Shown piece by piece: positions 47,743 through 61,800 of a stretch of 64,000 bases of DNA (its first letter is position 1; each line of letters starts with the position of its first letter). The translations under genes were made by a program, and so were the position numbers. Under the pieces are notes generated by a model that saw only the letters and a list, made by a program, of their open reading frames with translations, had not been told where the DNA came from and searched no databases. This DNA comes from Massalongia carnosa (lineage: Eukaryota): contig OZ287073.1 of assembly GCA_965645245.1 (NCBI GenBank), positions 930,001 through 994,000 on the forward strand. Direction: 5' to 3'.

Positions 47743-48471
47743 TGTTTTTGTAAGTATGCAACGTCTTCGTTGGGGGTCGATAGATGTAGGAGAACCTTCT
47801 CCACAGCCGTCGACCGAGCCATGACCACGGAATGGGTATCAATGCTTGTGGAAGCCATTTTCGAGGAAATGTGCTATTCTTGTGGATAATGAGGTTCGAT
47901 TAAGTTTTTATAGTATAGCTACTCTATAGAAGAGGAAGAAAGCATTGGTATATGGGGAGAAGAATAGAAATATAGTCGAAGAAAATACATAAACCAGAAA
48001 TATGTAGAGAGAGAAAGAAAAGGAAACAAGACTGAGGAGAAAGACTACTATATGTAAAGTGGGAAAGCACGCCCGAGGGAGAACCGCCATTCTGGGAATT
48101 TCGCATAGTTAAGTCATTATCAGAACTCGGCGGAAAGGAACCAGAAGGTTGTCTAGAGGTTGGAGCAAGGTTTGTCGATCCCTGCAGATGGTGCGATTAG
48201 ACTTTCACCGGATCAGACGCTTGGGCGGAGCACGTGTTCACGGCGCTCATCCCTGCAGCGCCACATCTCCCCAAAGATTGGTGTGGCTTGCATGGTGTAT
48301 GTTGAGTTTCCCTGGCTCGCCTCGACATGATCGGAGGAATCCTCCGCCGTCGGTTAGCAGTACAAGCAACTTGCATCAGGTGATCTTTCCGAGGAAAAGG
48401 GCGATAACGTGACTTCCGTTTCCGCCAAAGTGCGTCCATCCTCATCCTTCCACCCTTGATCAGTTTCCGCC

Positions 48472-49502
48472 ATGTCTTCCGCTCCCGGATCCAGTGCTCA
48501 GTCCCAACCCCAAACGAGTGAGTTTTCCTCTCCTCTTCCCTCACCACACAAACTAACATAAGCCCCTACCCACCTCACCAGTCGATCTCTCTACAGTCCC
48601 CACCCCGCAACTCACCCAGCTCAAGAGCCAATTCACGCAAGACCTTTCGCATCTCACCTCCTCTTTCACGCAGCTGCGCGCCGCTCAGGCCAAGTTTCGC
48701 GATTGTGTCGCTAGCATTCGGGATGGCGTTGCGGCGAAGAAGGAAGGTTCGTAGCTGATTTGTTTCCCCGGGCGGTGTGTAGTTTGAGGAAAGTCATTGC
48801 TTCGAGTCCGTGAGGATGAGTTGCGGGTTCGAGGGAATTTATTCTGTGTCTGTTCGTTGGCAGGGCTGTGAGCAGCTAATTTTGAGGCTTGCGCTTCTAC
48901 AGGGACACCCGTCCTAGTGCCCTTAACACCATCTCTCTACGTCCCTGGCAAATTAGCTTCCACATCCACCGTCCTAGTCGATGTCGGGACAGGGTTTTAC
49001 GTCGAGAAGGTGAGCACTTGGTTTCGGTTCCCATTCTAGACTTTGTGTTTCTATCGGTATTGTTGCACTCAGTTGCCTCTGCACTCTACCAACCACCTCC
49101 CCCCACTCCCCAAAAAAAAATCCAGTTATCCAATTTTTAACCAACCCCCAGACCCCTTCCTTGGCCCTAGAATTCTACACCCAAAAAGTCGCCGAACTAG
49201 ACCGCAACCTAAAAGACCTCGAGTCCATCGTCACGACCAAGCAGGCAAATCTTCGCGTTGTGGAAGACGGTGAGTAAACGCCGGCCAACACTTCCTTAAC
49301 ATCTCTCCGAGCTATTTCTTTCCCCTTGGGCAAATTAATTCCCTCTCCCTAAAAGCCACACTTAAAATAGTCCCACAACCCAACCCCACCCCCAGAACAA
49401 ACTCAGAAGTATTTACTAATCCTAACTTCCCCTCATCCGAATATAGTTCTCCGCCAAAAACTTCTCAACGAGCCTACTTCCAGCGTCGAAGCTACAGCCT
49501 AG
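48472..49502 (+). CDS. GIM5: Prefoldin subunit 5 (alpha-type), 4 introns
   Basis: Spliced product contains [11 protein letters not shown] and [28 protein letters not shown], the prefoldin alpha signature; missed by the ORF track. Confidence 0.93.
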
Positions 49503-49810
49503 CCTGGATTGGGTGACAGTTTCTTTTATGATGCTCTCTCTTTCTCTCTGTGTCTCCGCTTCACCAACCTAAATACTACATACCTACTAACAACCCCCAC
49601 TCTTCTCATTCTCTCAATTCCTAAACACCTCTTAACCGTACCAATAACTCCCCTTGAGAAAGATCGAAGCTACCTCCCTACTCATATTGTACACCAACCC
49701 CAAAATCTCTCCAAAACCAAAATACCCTTCTACTTAATCTTTAGTTTCCTTCTCTCTGAGAACCAAAAAACCGAAAGAAGAAATCCAATTTTCCATCTTC
49801 CCCCCCCTCC

Positions 49811-50080
49811 CCAATCCAGTATAACATACATCTCTATTCCTCTTCTGGGTATATTCACAACCCGATTTTTATTTAATTTTATTTTATCTTTTAAAAAAAA
49901 CCCCCCCAATCCAGTATAACATACATCTCTATTCCTCTTCTGGGTATATTCACAACCCGATTTTTATTTAATTTATTTTATCTTTTAAAAAAATACATCT
50001 CTATTCCTCTTCTGGGTATATTCACAACCCGATTTTTATTTAAATTTATTTTATCTTTTAAAAAAAACCCCCCCCAATCC
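49811..50080. repeat. ~95-bp tandem repeat, about 2.8 copies
   Basis: ATACATCTCTATTCCTCTTCTGGGTATATTCACAACCCGATTTTTATTTA... occurs three times. Confidence 0.9.
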
Positions 50081-50562
50081 CGGAAACCCGATTCATCAAC
50101 CCCTTCACTGCCCACATTGAACCCTCACAACCCCCCCCCCCCAAGCATACCCGATTTCTATTATCCTCATCCCCTCTTCAACGCTCCCTCTCAAGAATCT
50201 GTCCTTCTCTCTTCATCAAGACCCTTCCCAAAACAGTATATCCCAAATCCTAAATCCCATAAACGAGAACCCAAAACAGCGCTGCATTCTGTAAAGATCC
50301 CCACGCAGGCTGATAGGTAGGCAGATAGATAGATAGATAGATAGATACAGATAGAAATAAATATACCTTAATACCTGCTTACCTAGCCAAATCCTCCTAT
50401 TCCCATTACTTCTTAAACCCCGCCGCGCCACATCCATTCATCTCCTCCCACCCCTCCTCTCCTCTTTTTCTCCTCTCATCCCCTTCCCCTCCCCTCCTTT
50501 TCTTTCCTTTCTATCCCCAACACCCCTAAAGTGGAAATTCAAGATTCAAGAGTCAACTAGCT

Positions 50563-50606
<44 letters not shown>
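50563..50606. repeat. (GCAA)11 microsatellite; (GATA)n at ~50325-50345
   Basis: Direct reading. Confidence 0.95.
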
Positions 50607-51029
50607 CGGCCCATCACATCTACGCATTTTTGCGGTACCATCATGCAACTCCTTTCGGAAAACATGGAAAAAATGGGGGAGAGCTCATGTCCATATATGT
50701 GTAGTGATTTCTCAAAAATCCCATCGCATGTTTTTCATTGCTTGCTACTTGTGTACGTATCTACATACATAGGTACATTCATATCCTCCACTGAAAGGGA
50801 CGTATCTAGAATCTTCATCCATCCGACACGGAAAAAAATCCCTTGTTTTAAGTTTCTCCTTCGTGAATGAATAAACCCGGACTCGTAATGCTGAACTTGA
50901 CGCATAACCGCTGGAATTATGTTTTAAAACGACAGACCCGTCATTTAAGCTTGGAAACCACTATTTGGGAACATCGTCATCCATAAATCTTCGCCATCAG
51001 CCACCAATCATCACCCAATGAAACATCAA

Positions 51030-53525
51030 CTATTTAACCACTCTGAATCGAGTTTGAACCTTCATCCCATCCAACAATTCCACAATGGCTTTTGTATACG
51101 CCAAGAATTGCTTTAGCCCCTTCCCGTCTCCTTCACCCCCGGATATCGGCGGCTGATGGCCACTGGGAAAAAATGTTTCCAACTCCGCAGCCCACGGCGC
51201 TTCCTTCCCAATTTCCAGATTGGCGTTTATCCCCAGGACACGGTCCCATTCTGAGTTCCAGAAAGTTCCGCCCCAATGGGTTCCTGTAGGGGTGCTGTCG
51301 ACGGCTCCGCTGTAGGTATCGTAGCGAGCGAACTCGAACACCCAATCGCTGTTGTCAATCATTCGATAGCGTAGCGCGGTTTTCTGCTCGAAGATAAAAA
51401 CGGGCAAGGTACTTGTCCAGGTGAAAACTCTGTGACCGGAAGCTGTTGGCTTGATGTCATTCGGGGGCGGCTTGAATCTGATGCTATTAACAAATTTCGT
51501 CATCACAGGAGTAATGCGCGAAGAATCTAGTGTGCTGAAGGACGATACTTGAAATTCCCAAGAGATGCCTCTAAATACCATTGTTGGTTAGTGAAGTAAC
51601 CATTAGCAAAATTGGGTGCAAGACAAACCCAAGAAGTCGAATCATGAAAACCTCGATAGGGTGCACGGCTTCTACTTTTTCAGACTTCCTTGTCCATTGA
51701 GACTGTGTAATCTCGTACAACTCGCCAGCCGTGCTAGGCCTACCCATCTGGACCTCAAGTTGTACCTTTCCTGTCGCTGGAATGTCAAATTCGAAGCGCG
51801 CTGTATACACAGGAGAGACATCCTCTAGCCTAGTTGTCAGTGCATCTGCAGGAGCAAATATTCCAGTTGCAGTATGAATGTAGGCAAGGAGAACATCTGC
51901 TTTGGCTTTTACTTGCAGACTAGATAGGTTGTATCAGCAGGCCGAAGGCTAATTATGTCCCAATACACTCACTCTTTGATCATACGGCCCTTGGTGGCTG
52001 ACAAGTCCATGTCTTTGAGAAACCTATCGAATGGGATGCTGTTGATGCCCTCCGGCCACCGGCGAAATGTCGTCAGGGCAAAAGTGCCCAGAAGCACCCG
52101 CATCTGGATACGGCCACGGTAATAACGAAGACGTTTTATGGCCATACCCAGAAGCCGGCGCCATTGTATAAACTGAGCGTCCTCCACGAGCTCGGTCTCT
52201 TTCTCCCACTCGATCTGTTCAGACGGCGCCAGGGCTTTACCAGTGAGCAAGGGAATCTTTGCATTGTCCGTTCCCTGCCCAAAATCTGGTCCTTGTACCA
52301 CCATGACTTCTTTTCGCATGCTATGCGCATCAGGCCTTTCAACCATGTGCACTGTTATCTCTCTGCTGTTACGTGCAACAAACTCTTTCATTGTACCTCC
52401 AATGCGCTTGGTGGCCTCGCGTACACCATCTTCCTTGTCAGTGAGAATTTTGAAAGCAGTCATATGATTATCAAAGATAATATAGGAGCTGTAATCCATG
52501 CGTATTGGATCTAATGCTTCATAACTTGGGCCTAAAAGATCCTCGGGCCGGATTTCGTCCACAGGCCAGAGAAAATACCCGTTATAAGAGGAAGTCAGGC
52601 TTTTATCTGGTACTCTTTGATACTTCTGCTGCGTCGCTTCTTGCTCCATCTTTTTGTCCAGAGATTTGGCTTTGTCCTGGGATAGTAACCCTGTTTTTGC
52701 GAAATGTGCACCGCCTTTGGTAGTATGGAATGGAACATTGGATTGTTGCACCCAGGTCTGAAGCTCGGTTGTGGTCTCGGATATCTGTTGTTGGTTCCCC
52801 CAGATAAGTAGTTTACAATCCTGAACGTTTTGTGGTGGACGAACGAAGGATCCAAGCCGGACTCCTATTTCTTCCAATACATCGTACATCCGCTTCCGAT
52901 CGGGTTCAATATGATAGCAGGCTTTACTCAGCACGAAGATACTATTATGCGGCTCTTGTGCTCGAAAGGCAGCTCTTGCCGGATTGTCATTTTTGTAGGA
53001 AAATGTCACCATACGCGGTTTCGGTAGGGGTTGAGGGGCTACTGGTGGGTGGGGTAACTTGGTAGGCGGGTTTGCGGGAAACTTAGCAGGAGATGTTTGG
53101 GCAAAAGCAGTCGATCCGGGGGGTAGAGGTGTATTATTATGTGGCCTTCCAATGACTTGAATCGTAGGCCTCCCAGCTGGCTTCGAAGGGGACTTTGATG
53201 CCATCTTTGTCGGGAGCCTTGGTGATAGGTTTACCGGTGGGTTTCCCGATGGCTTTGCCGACACCTTCCCCGCTGGATTTGCAGGTTGCTTAGCAGCTGC
53301 TTTCGTGGCTGGTTTCGCGGGCGTTTTTGCAGGTCGCTTCTTGTACATCACTTGCTGCCAGCTAGAACCGCCATCATCCACGGCCTCATTTGTGTCTTGC
53401 ACCTCTGGGGCATGGTCCCCATCCTCAAACCCCCCATCGGAAACATCAGACCCTGGGATTCCTGCTTGAGGGCGAGAGCTGGAGCCAAGTTGCCATTCTT
53501 TGGCATTCTCCCTCTCGTAATCCAT
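51030..53525 (-). CDS. Uncharacterised fungal protein (Pro-rich N-terminus), introns 51972-51920 and 51628-51571
   Basis: 518-aa first exon plus two downstream exons joined by canonical introns; no function recognised. Confidence 0.8.
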
Positions 53526-55022
53526 GTTGTGGCTGTACGATACTTATTCCGATGTGAGCTTGAGCTATACGAACATGATAAAGGTTAGTTAAAAAATGGA
53601 AGACGACGAAGTAGAAGTATGATAGAAGGCGTTATTGAAGAGAAGGAATTGGAAGAAAGTCACCTTTCGATGAATGGTGCTAGCTTAACCAACAGGTATG
53701 AATGATAGAAACTCGCTAATCTAGAGTAAAGACCAGACAACTCCTTACATGCTCAATCGTTCGATGTTGGCTTGAAGTATAGCTAGAGAGATGTAGGGGA
53801 AGATCTTCAGAGAGAGGGACTGGTCCAGATGAGATAGGAAGCTTTAAGAAGGTTGAGCAGAAAACGTAGACAGGTTCTATTTTGCAGGATTTTAGGCTTG
53901 CCGATGGTCTGACACAACAAACAAACAAGGACTATCGGTCAGCAAAGCCGAGTGTGCCCTAACTATCAATTCTGGTCTACGCTGTTTCCCCCGTATCCTA
54001 CAATCACAGTCATACACGCATTCGATGTGATCAGTCACAGCGTATCTTAAGACGTGAAAGAAAAACAATCCATGCACGATCCTTTCTCGGAGAATGGCCA
54101 AGATGAAGGAGGAAGAGAGTGAAGTCGATTGACTATAGGAACAGATCTAGCATGGTGACAGCTTTTGGAAGTGAATTGTTTATTTGGCTCGCTGTCGAGG
54201 TGACCTCCAAGGGATAGATATGTTAGGTATGTTAGATATGTATCAATTTCCAACATTCATTTCTTCCGATGAAGCCGATGAACGTCCCAGTAGCTGTGTC
54301 GATATTCATGATGGGCAGAAATTCTGTATCACGTGATGCATGGATTATGGGACATGCATAACTAACTAATCGAACGCCGTAGTAGATGCTAGATAAATGT
54401 GTCACGTGATATCAGTTTTGGTCCTTCAGCTCACTTGATGGTAACCGGTCGAGTCAATAGTCGTATCAAGTAAATAATTGTTGTTTATCATCCCAAGTGA
54501 TCTAATACGATTGAGACTTCTGGCTCCCCACAATGATGGGAATGACATTTTCTCTGTTGAGTACAAGCACAAACCAAATTAATGTAAAACTTAAGCGCTT
54601 TACGTACTCTACCAGAGCGCATCTTTCTCTTACATCCTCATGGCACCTCGTAGCCGCTCTCTTGTTGGGCGTATGTGAAAGGCGTCTGCTAATGGAGGAA
54701 GGATACGGTCATCTTGTCGTTGTTCCCAAAAAAAGAGGGTCCATAGCAGTTTTTTCCATAGATTCTAATGTATTGACATCACTTCAAGCTGTGATTGCAC
54801 AAATGCCATAGGGTCCTGGGCGCAAGCTATCATGAGCAATTTCATGGGTGATGCAGCGGTACCCGGTGGATAATGTTTTTACGGGGCGTTGTTCCACCAC
54901 ATATGGCGGAACAGCAGATTAGGGGAGATCCATTGTCGAGCCTTGGCGAAGGTGTAATGCTCGATGAGCTATACAATATCTTAACAAGTACCAATGCGAT
55001 GGAAACCTAGGCGAATCATCGA

Positions 55023-55797
55023 TCAAAGTTGGAGTCTTAGTTCTGTCTTAGTTGTTCTCGATACCGTGTTTCCAGGACCACCAGAGCCTGATGAAGGAGG
55101 TTTTCTCCCTCCTTTCCCGAAAACTCTCTTCACCATATTTGTGAAGGGTACGATGGCAATCCTGGCAAACCAAGGGGTGGCTGAAACGCTTACAACCAGC
55201 CTGACAGGCAAGAGAGCCTTTGTGACTGCGTATGCTGTTGCAAATCTTTGATATTATGTCAGCCTTGACAGTTAGCTGAATTCTATAGGGCATGTAGCCT
55301 ATCTCAGGCGCTGCTGGTATGAGCAGAAAAGAAACCTACTCCACAACAACTCTTACTCCCCCTTCGCCTCGTCCCCACCATCGGTATCTTCTCGCCTCAT
55401 CCTCATCCCCTAACCATCCCTTCCTCCTAAAATAGCTCCCAAACATTTCTACGCCATTACTGACCCATTTGCCCTCGCTAATATATGGGGGTAACCACTG
55501 GGTATAGTGAAATATTCCAGTCAATGTGAAAAGCGGAACGATAGCTGTCAACTCATGCAACAGCAGAAAAGCACTGATATGAGTTAAAGGCGCATTAATA
55601 AGCGGAGTAGTGTAACGTTGGAGAAATCGAGGGAGTCGTGAGGTGAGGCGGATCAGACGAGCCCGAGGCTTCTGAATGGCTTCGGGATTGACACGGTCTG
55701 GCTTGATAGAAAAATAACGTCGTAAAGTGCGGTTGACCGGAAGTGATGGCGAAACGGGTGATGAGCGAAAAGCTCGAAAGGATCGGAATCGAGACAT
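55023..55797 (-). CDS. MRX11: Mitochondrial MRX11-like membrane protein, intron 55339-55246
   Basis: Arg/Ser-rich presequence; AFLLLHELTAIVPL and ATAYAVTKALLPVRLVVSV motifs. Confidence 0.8.
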
Positions 55798-55963
55798 GGA
55801 GTGTCGCGAAGGAGGAGCTTCAACTTCACAAGGGAAAGTGCTTGCATTAACGCAATGTGTGGGCGCGTCGGCGCGTCGGCGCGTCATCGCCTCGTCTATT
55901 TGTCACTAGTTATAATTATCGCGTCTCTCTCATAAGTTAACATCTATTCGGCAATATATTGCT
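55798..55963. promoter_or_regulatory. Short bidirectional promoter with four CGCGTC (MCB-like ACGCG core) motifs
   Basis: GGCGCGTC x3 in tandem at ~55862-55885 plus CGCGTC at ~55920, upstream of ORC1. Confidence 0.6.
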
Positions 55964-58549
55964 ATGCCTCGCAAAACACAGACTGAAGCTAATACGAAGG
56001 ATACCAAAGCTGAGCGCGCACCGGGATATCTTTCTGGTGGCGGCGTTACCAGAGAAGATTCCGATGATGAGCTTGGCCTGGAAGATCACCCGTGGCAGTG
56101 GATCTATGCAGATGTTTCGCAGAACGATAATAGAGATATTGGGGCGAAGAAGGTGTTCGATGCAGTAGATGAGATTGTAGGGGCGAGGATGGGTGCTTTT
56201 GAATGTCGACTTGGAGACTGTGTTTTACTCAAGGCTGAGGGAACGAATGAAGCATGGATCGGCATAATCTGTGACTTTGAAGAAGACGAGGAAGATGGCG
56301 CGAAAGCCGCAAACTTCATGTGGTTTTCCACTGAGAAGGAGATCCGGAATAAGCAAAATAAGAGAATGGATGCTATGCAGGTGCGCGCAAATTTCAATGG
56401 CGACAATATCTTGCTCATTCAACGATAGAATGAAGTCTACATCACCCCTTCATGGGATATCAATCCTCTAGCTTCAATTAATGGGAAGGCATTTATAGTT
56501 TCCTCCAAGTCCTTTTTCGCAAAGTATCCATCTGGCAAGATTCCAAGAAACTCCAAAGACCATGGGAAGTTATTTGTCTGTCGTCGAGGGTGTAACACGC
56601 GCACGGCTACCTACACCAATGAATTCCTGTGGGAAGACACATACCGAGGGTTCGAAGATCTTGCTTCGCTGATTGAGAGAGTGAAGAGCCAGACCAAGGC
56701 CACCAGAAAAAGAAAACGCGACGTCTCTTATGAGGATGCTGAAATCGATGTATGCTTTCATAGAATCCCAAATACAGAACAGATTAACGTTTAATCAGGA
56801 CGGCGAAAACGCAAACATTCTCAAAACTCCAAGCAAGAGACAGAAATTCCAGCAAGCCTTAACCCCATCTAAATCGATCAAACGCACTCCACAGAAATTC
56901 ATAACTCCAGCCCACAAACGGTATAATTTCCCCTCCCCTATCGTAACATCCAATCTAACCCCAAACCAAGCATCATCATCAAGAAGCCCCTTGAGTTTAC
57001 TCCACTCGGCACCCGAATCCTCTCCCCAGCTCAAACTACATCCTCTCCTTTCCAACTCGCTCGGACAACTCTCCACGTTTCCTCTGTCCCTCTTACCCTC
57101 CCCTGCCGCACAACCGAATTTACCACCGTTTATACGTACCTTGAAGCCGCAATCTCTGCTGGCACTGGCGCTTGCATCTACATCTCCGGCACCCCCGGTA
57201 CCGGGAAAACAGCGACGGTCCGCGAAGTCGTTGCGCAGCTCAATGCCAGCGTCCTAGCCGAGGAGCTGGATGACTTCATCTTCGTCGAGATCAATGGTAT
57301 GAAGGTCACCGATCCTCACCAGGCATATTCTCTACTGTGGGAGGCGCTGAAGGGCGAGCGTGTAAGCCCAGCGCACGCGCTTGGGCTATTGGAGAGAGAA
57401 TTCGATCATCCGAGCCCTCGCCGAGTGCCGTGCGTAGTGTTGATGGACGAGCTAGACCAGCTGGTGACCAAGAACCAGAGCGTCATGTATAATTTCTTCA
57501 ATTGGCCTGGGCTTCGACACAGTCGACTTATAGTGCTTGCTGTAGCGAACACCATGGATCTCCCTGAACGCACGCTAAGCAATAAAATCAGCAGCCGACT
57601 CGGTATGCTCTCCTTTTTCCCACTCCACTTTCGGCCGCTTTCTCTCCCATACTTTTCGTCCATGATATCTTAGAACGCCTTCTAGAGCTGATTTCTAACT
57701 TTCTTCAACGCAGGCCTTACCCGCATCACCTTTCCCGGCTATACGCACGATCAATTAATGCAAATCATCCAATCACGCCTCTACCTTGTCCCCCAGGGCC
57801 TTGTCGACCCCGACGCCATCCAGTTCGCCAGCCGAAAAGTTGCCGCCGTCTCCGGCGACGCTCGCCGCGCCCTCGACATCTGCCGCCGCGCCGTCGAGAT
57901 CGCCGAAACCGAGTCCCTCGCCTCCTCCTCCGAATCTCTACATAACCCGCTCCTCAACACCCCTAGCAAATCCCGCCGTGGCAACCGCGCCCAAGCAGCC
58001 CCAGACACCTCTGCGCTTACTAGAAATGCACAGCCTAAGAAAGCTAAAGTTACCATTGCTACCGTCAAGCAGGCCATCTATGAAGCAACCTCCAGCCCTT
58101 TGCAAACCTATCTTAAGTCCCTCCCTCTCGCCTCAAAGCTCTTCCTTGCAGCCCTACTCGCGCGCGCGCGGCGCACCGGCGTGGCGGAATGCGCGCTGAG
58201 CGACGTGGTAGAAGAAGCGCAGCGGTTAGCGCGCATGGCGGCTGAAAACCCGCTTGTAAAGGACGTCTTGCTTACTGACGCTATCCATGCTGACGCGGTA
58301 AGCGACATGCCGGGAAACGGGAAGGGACCGGGTAAAGGAGAGAGAGAGAAGAGAAGAGCCGGGGGAGCGGCGAGGGTGTTAGGGATAGGGCTTGCGGCCG
58401 GGGAGTTGGCGGCTGCGGGGGTGGTAGGGTTGGAGGGGGAGAGGAAAGGGGAGAGGAACGGGAGAGTGCGGTTGGGGGTTGGAGACGAGGAGGTGAGATT
58501 GGCGCTGCGAGATGATGGGGAGGTAAAAGGTTTGGGGTTTGGCGGGTAA
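55964..58549 (+). CDS. ORC1: Origin recognition complex subunit 1 (BAH + AAA+), introns 56381-56428, 56750-56798, 56921-56970, 57603-57713
   Basis: BAH domain; Walker A ISGTPGTGKT; VVLMDELDQL; AVANTMDLPER; SGDARRALDICRRAVE. Confidence 0.97.
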
Positions 58550-58804
58550 CGGATTTACAAACGAAGTGAGAGTTTTAGTTTGGAGCTCGGTTGTATAAAA
58601 TGGCCACTTGGATGATACCAGGCAATTCTGATTTAGATGAAGAAGCATATGCTGTAAGGCTGCGCTATGGCCTTGTCGGCCAAGGGGGTATGTATAAAGA
58701 AAAGTACAAAATGTGCAGCACTTCATGAAATATTTTTTCCAAGCAACCTTCCTTCCCTCGCCTACCCTTTAAAACTTCTGACGCCCCAACGTTGGTTCCC
58801 ATTC

Positions 58805-61800
58805 TGTTGTAATGTGCAAAGTCACCCGGCTGATGCCTAGTAAAGTGTTCAGAGTCACATAGTACCGCATTGGGATTAGTGCGTTGGTAAGAACATTAGG
58901 CAACACATAACGACCTCGAGAAGCACCGCAAAAACTTCTATGAACATTCCCATCGAGTCATAAATTGGATATGAGTCAATCACCAATCTTAGATTTCTAG
59001 GAAGCAGGAAGGTGAGTCATAGGGAGAACGGTTTTCGGCATGTTTTTCTATCTATATAAACACGGTCCTTAGATAGGTAGATAGAAAGATCAATCGTTTC
59101 AAAAGTGAGCTTTTTACTATGCCAGCAGAGCTTCAATTACAATAGGTTATGAGCCCGGAAAGCAATTTTTCTTCCGCATAAATTAATCTATCTATTCTGT
59201 TGTTTTTCAAAGTTACGAAGCCATACTTCTCTTCGTTCCATCCATCAGTTCTCCTATTATTGGACCATGTCTGGAAAAGAGAGCGATTCCGCAGCTCCCG
59301 CGAAAGAGGGCACAACCCCTGATGGATCATATTCAAAAGCCATTCGAAAAGGAGACTATAAAGTAGAGCCGAAGCTTGGGTCCAACAACTATCTGACCTG
59401 GGCCGATGACATGCAACTTCTTCTCAAATCTAAAAGGATGTGGAGGATAGTAAACGGGGCCATTTCTTCTCCAGACCCTGTCACCCATCCAAAAGACTAT
59501 GAGGAATGGTTTACTGATGACACTCAGGCACAGCTCTGGATCAGGGGCAATATAGAAAAGTCTCAATATGTCACTGTTAGGAACAAGGAGACCGCAAAGG
59601 ATGTTTGGGCAGCATTGAGGAACGTCCATGGAGTCAAAGCCAAAAGCAGAATATGTGTGCTTCACAGAAAATTCTATACATATGAAATGTCAGTCGATCA
59701 ACCCATCGATGAGGTCGCCAATGAATTGCAGAACCTTGCGATGGAAATCGCAGATATAAAGACTTCAGAACAGCCATCAGATCTGTCTGTGGCCATGACC
59801 CTCATGAACGCCATTAAGGACCCAGCTTATGACACCGCGAAGTTCATCCTTGAAGACCTTGGTGATCCCACATTAGAAAAGACTCTGGAAAGCCTAAAAC
59901 GGGTGGAGCAACGACTAAAAGATGGGCAAGAGACCGAGACGGCCAATAAGGCCATTAACAAGGGTAAGGCAATCCCCAAATGCTCACATTGCCCAAAGAG
60001 GCATAATAGCAATGATTGCTGGGACTGGCAGGACAACACAGATGAAGGTAAAAAATGGGTCAAAGAACACCCTAATGAGGTGAAACCTAGACCAGAAAAT
60101 AACCGAAAATCAAAGAGTGATAACAAGCAGTCCAAAAACAAACCGAGAGGAAGGGGGGCAGCACGAGCAGCAAAGGATGAATCGAATAGTGATAGTGAGA
60201 ATAGTGCGTGGATGGCGCAAGATGATCAACACTCACCTGGATGGGTAATCGACTCAGGAGCCTCCAGGCATATGACATACAACAAATCGATCTTCACCCA
60301 AATCAAGCCATACCGGACCACCATTAGAATTGCAAACGGCGAAAAACTCTTCTCCGTAGGAGTAGGTACGATTTGCACCAATATCGATGGGAAAAATATC
60401 CGGATGACAAACGTTCTATTCGTGCCTGAACTAGACGTCAACTTGCTATCAATTGCAGCCCTTAATCGGAAGGGTTTGAACGTTTCATTTAACCGGAGAG
60501 GTGTCGAGATTTTCAGGGATGGTACTTTGGTCGCTACCGGAATTCTTAGGGGACGGGCGTACTTCCTCCACACATCTCATGTGGCCCTCGAAGCCCATGA
60601 TGAAAATGATGATTTAGATGGCCCCGAACTACCGGCAAACCTTAAATCAACCACATATCTGACCTCGCTTTCCTCCGGCGAAATTCAACCCAAAACTCCT
60701 CCTCCTATTACCCCTGACTGCATCGATAGCGATCCAGTGGGAGCATCCAAAGAGACCACCAATGAGGCCACCAATGAGGCCCAATATTGGTTATGGCACA
60801 CACGATTGGGGCACCCCAATGATATACGACTTCAACAAGCAACAGGGAAGAAATTTTCAAAGGCAATTCTGGACCTACCGTGCCAGATTTGCAATTTAAC
60901 TAAGATGACCCGTACAATCAGCAAAATTCCTTTCTCGAAGGCAAATAGACCACTCGATAGAATACATACTGACGTTTGGGGTCCATATAAGAAGGCCAGT
61001 TTAGGTGGGCATACCTATTTCGTTTCTTTGATAGACGACTATACCCGAAAATCTTGGCTCTTCTGTGTGAAAAGTAGGGCAGACATATACCGCATCATAA
61101 AAGACTGGAAGGCAATGGTCGAGTTGGAAAAGGGGCTCAAAATCATTCGCTTTCGTGCTGATAATGCCAAAGAGTATAAATATCTCGCAGAGCAACTTCA
61201 GCCATTAGGAATTCGTATGGAGCCAACCACCGCATACACGCCCCAGCAGAACGGTGTCGCCGAAAGATTCAATAGAACCATTGTTCAAATGGTAAGGTCT
61301 ATGTTGGTATGGGCCAAATTGCCACAATCTTTCTGGGGGGAAGCAGCAGTAGCAGCAAACCACCTCAGAAACTTCTTACCTACCACCAACACCACGTCGC
61401 CTAATGAGTCTTGGACCGGGCTAAGACCTAACATCAACACTCTTCGTACGTTCGGATGCGTCTCTTTTGTGCATGTCCCAAAGGAAAAACGCTCCAAACT
61501 AGATAATGTGTCATATCAGGCAATATTCACCGGATATCATTCAAGCAATCAATATAGGTTATACAATGTGGAAACAAAAAAGGTGGAAATTCAGACTTCA
61601 ATAAAGTTTGATGAAAAAAGACCGGGGGGATCCTTACTTACAAAAGGCCTATCATCCCCGTCCGTCGTCCTAAATGACGATGACTCTTCCGATGACAATG
61701 AATCGTCACCACCAACCAACCACCCTACTACTGATCAAGTGGGAGTTCCTACTAATGGTGATCAGCACCAGGGCGATGGTATTCAGCATCAGGATGATGA

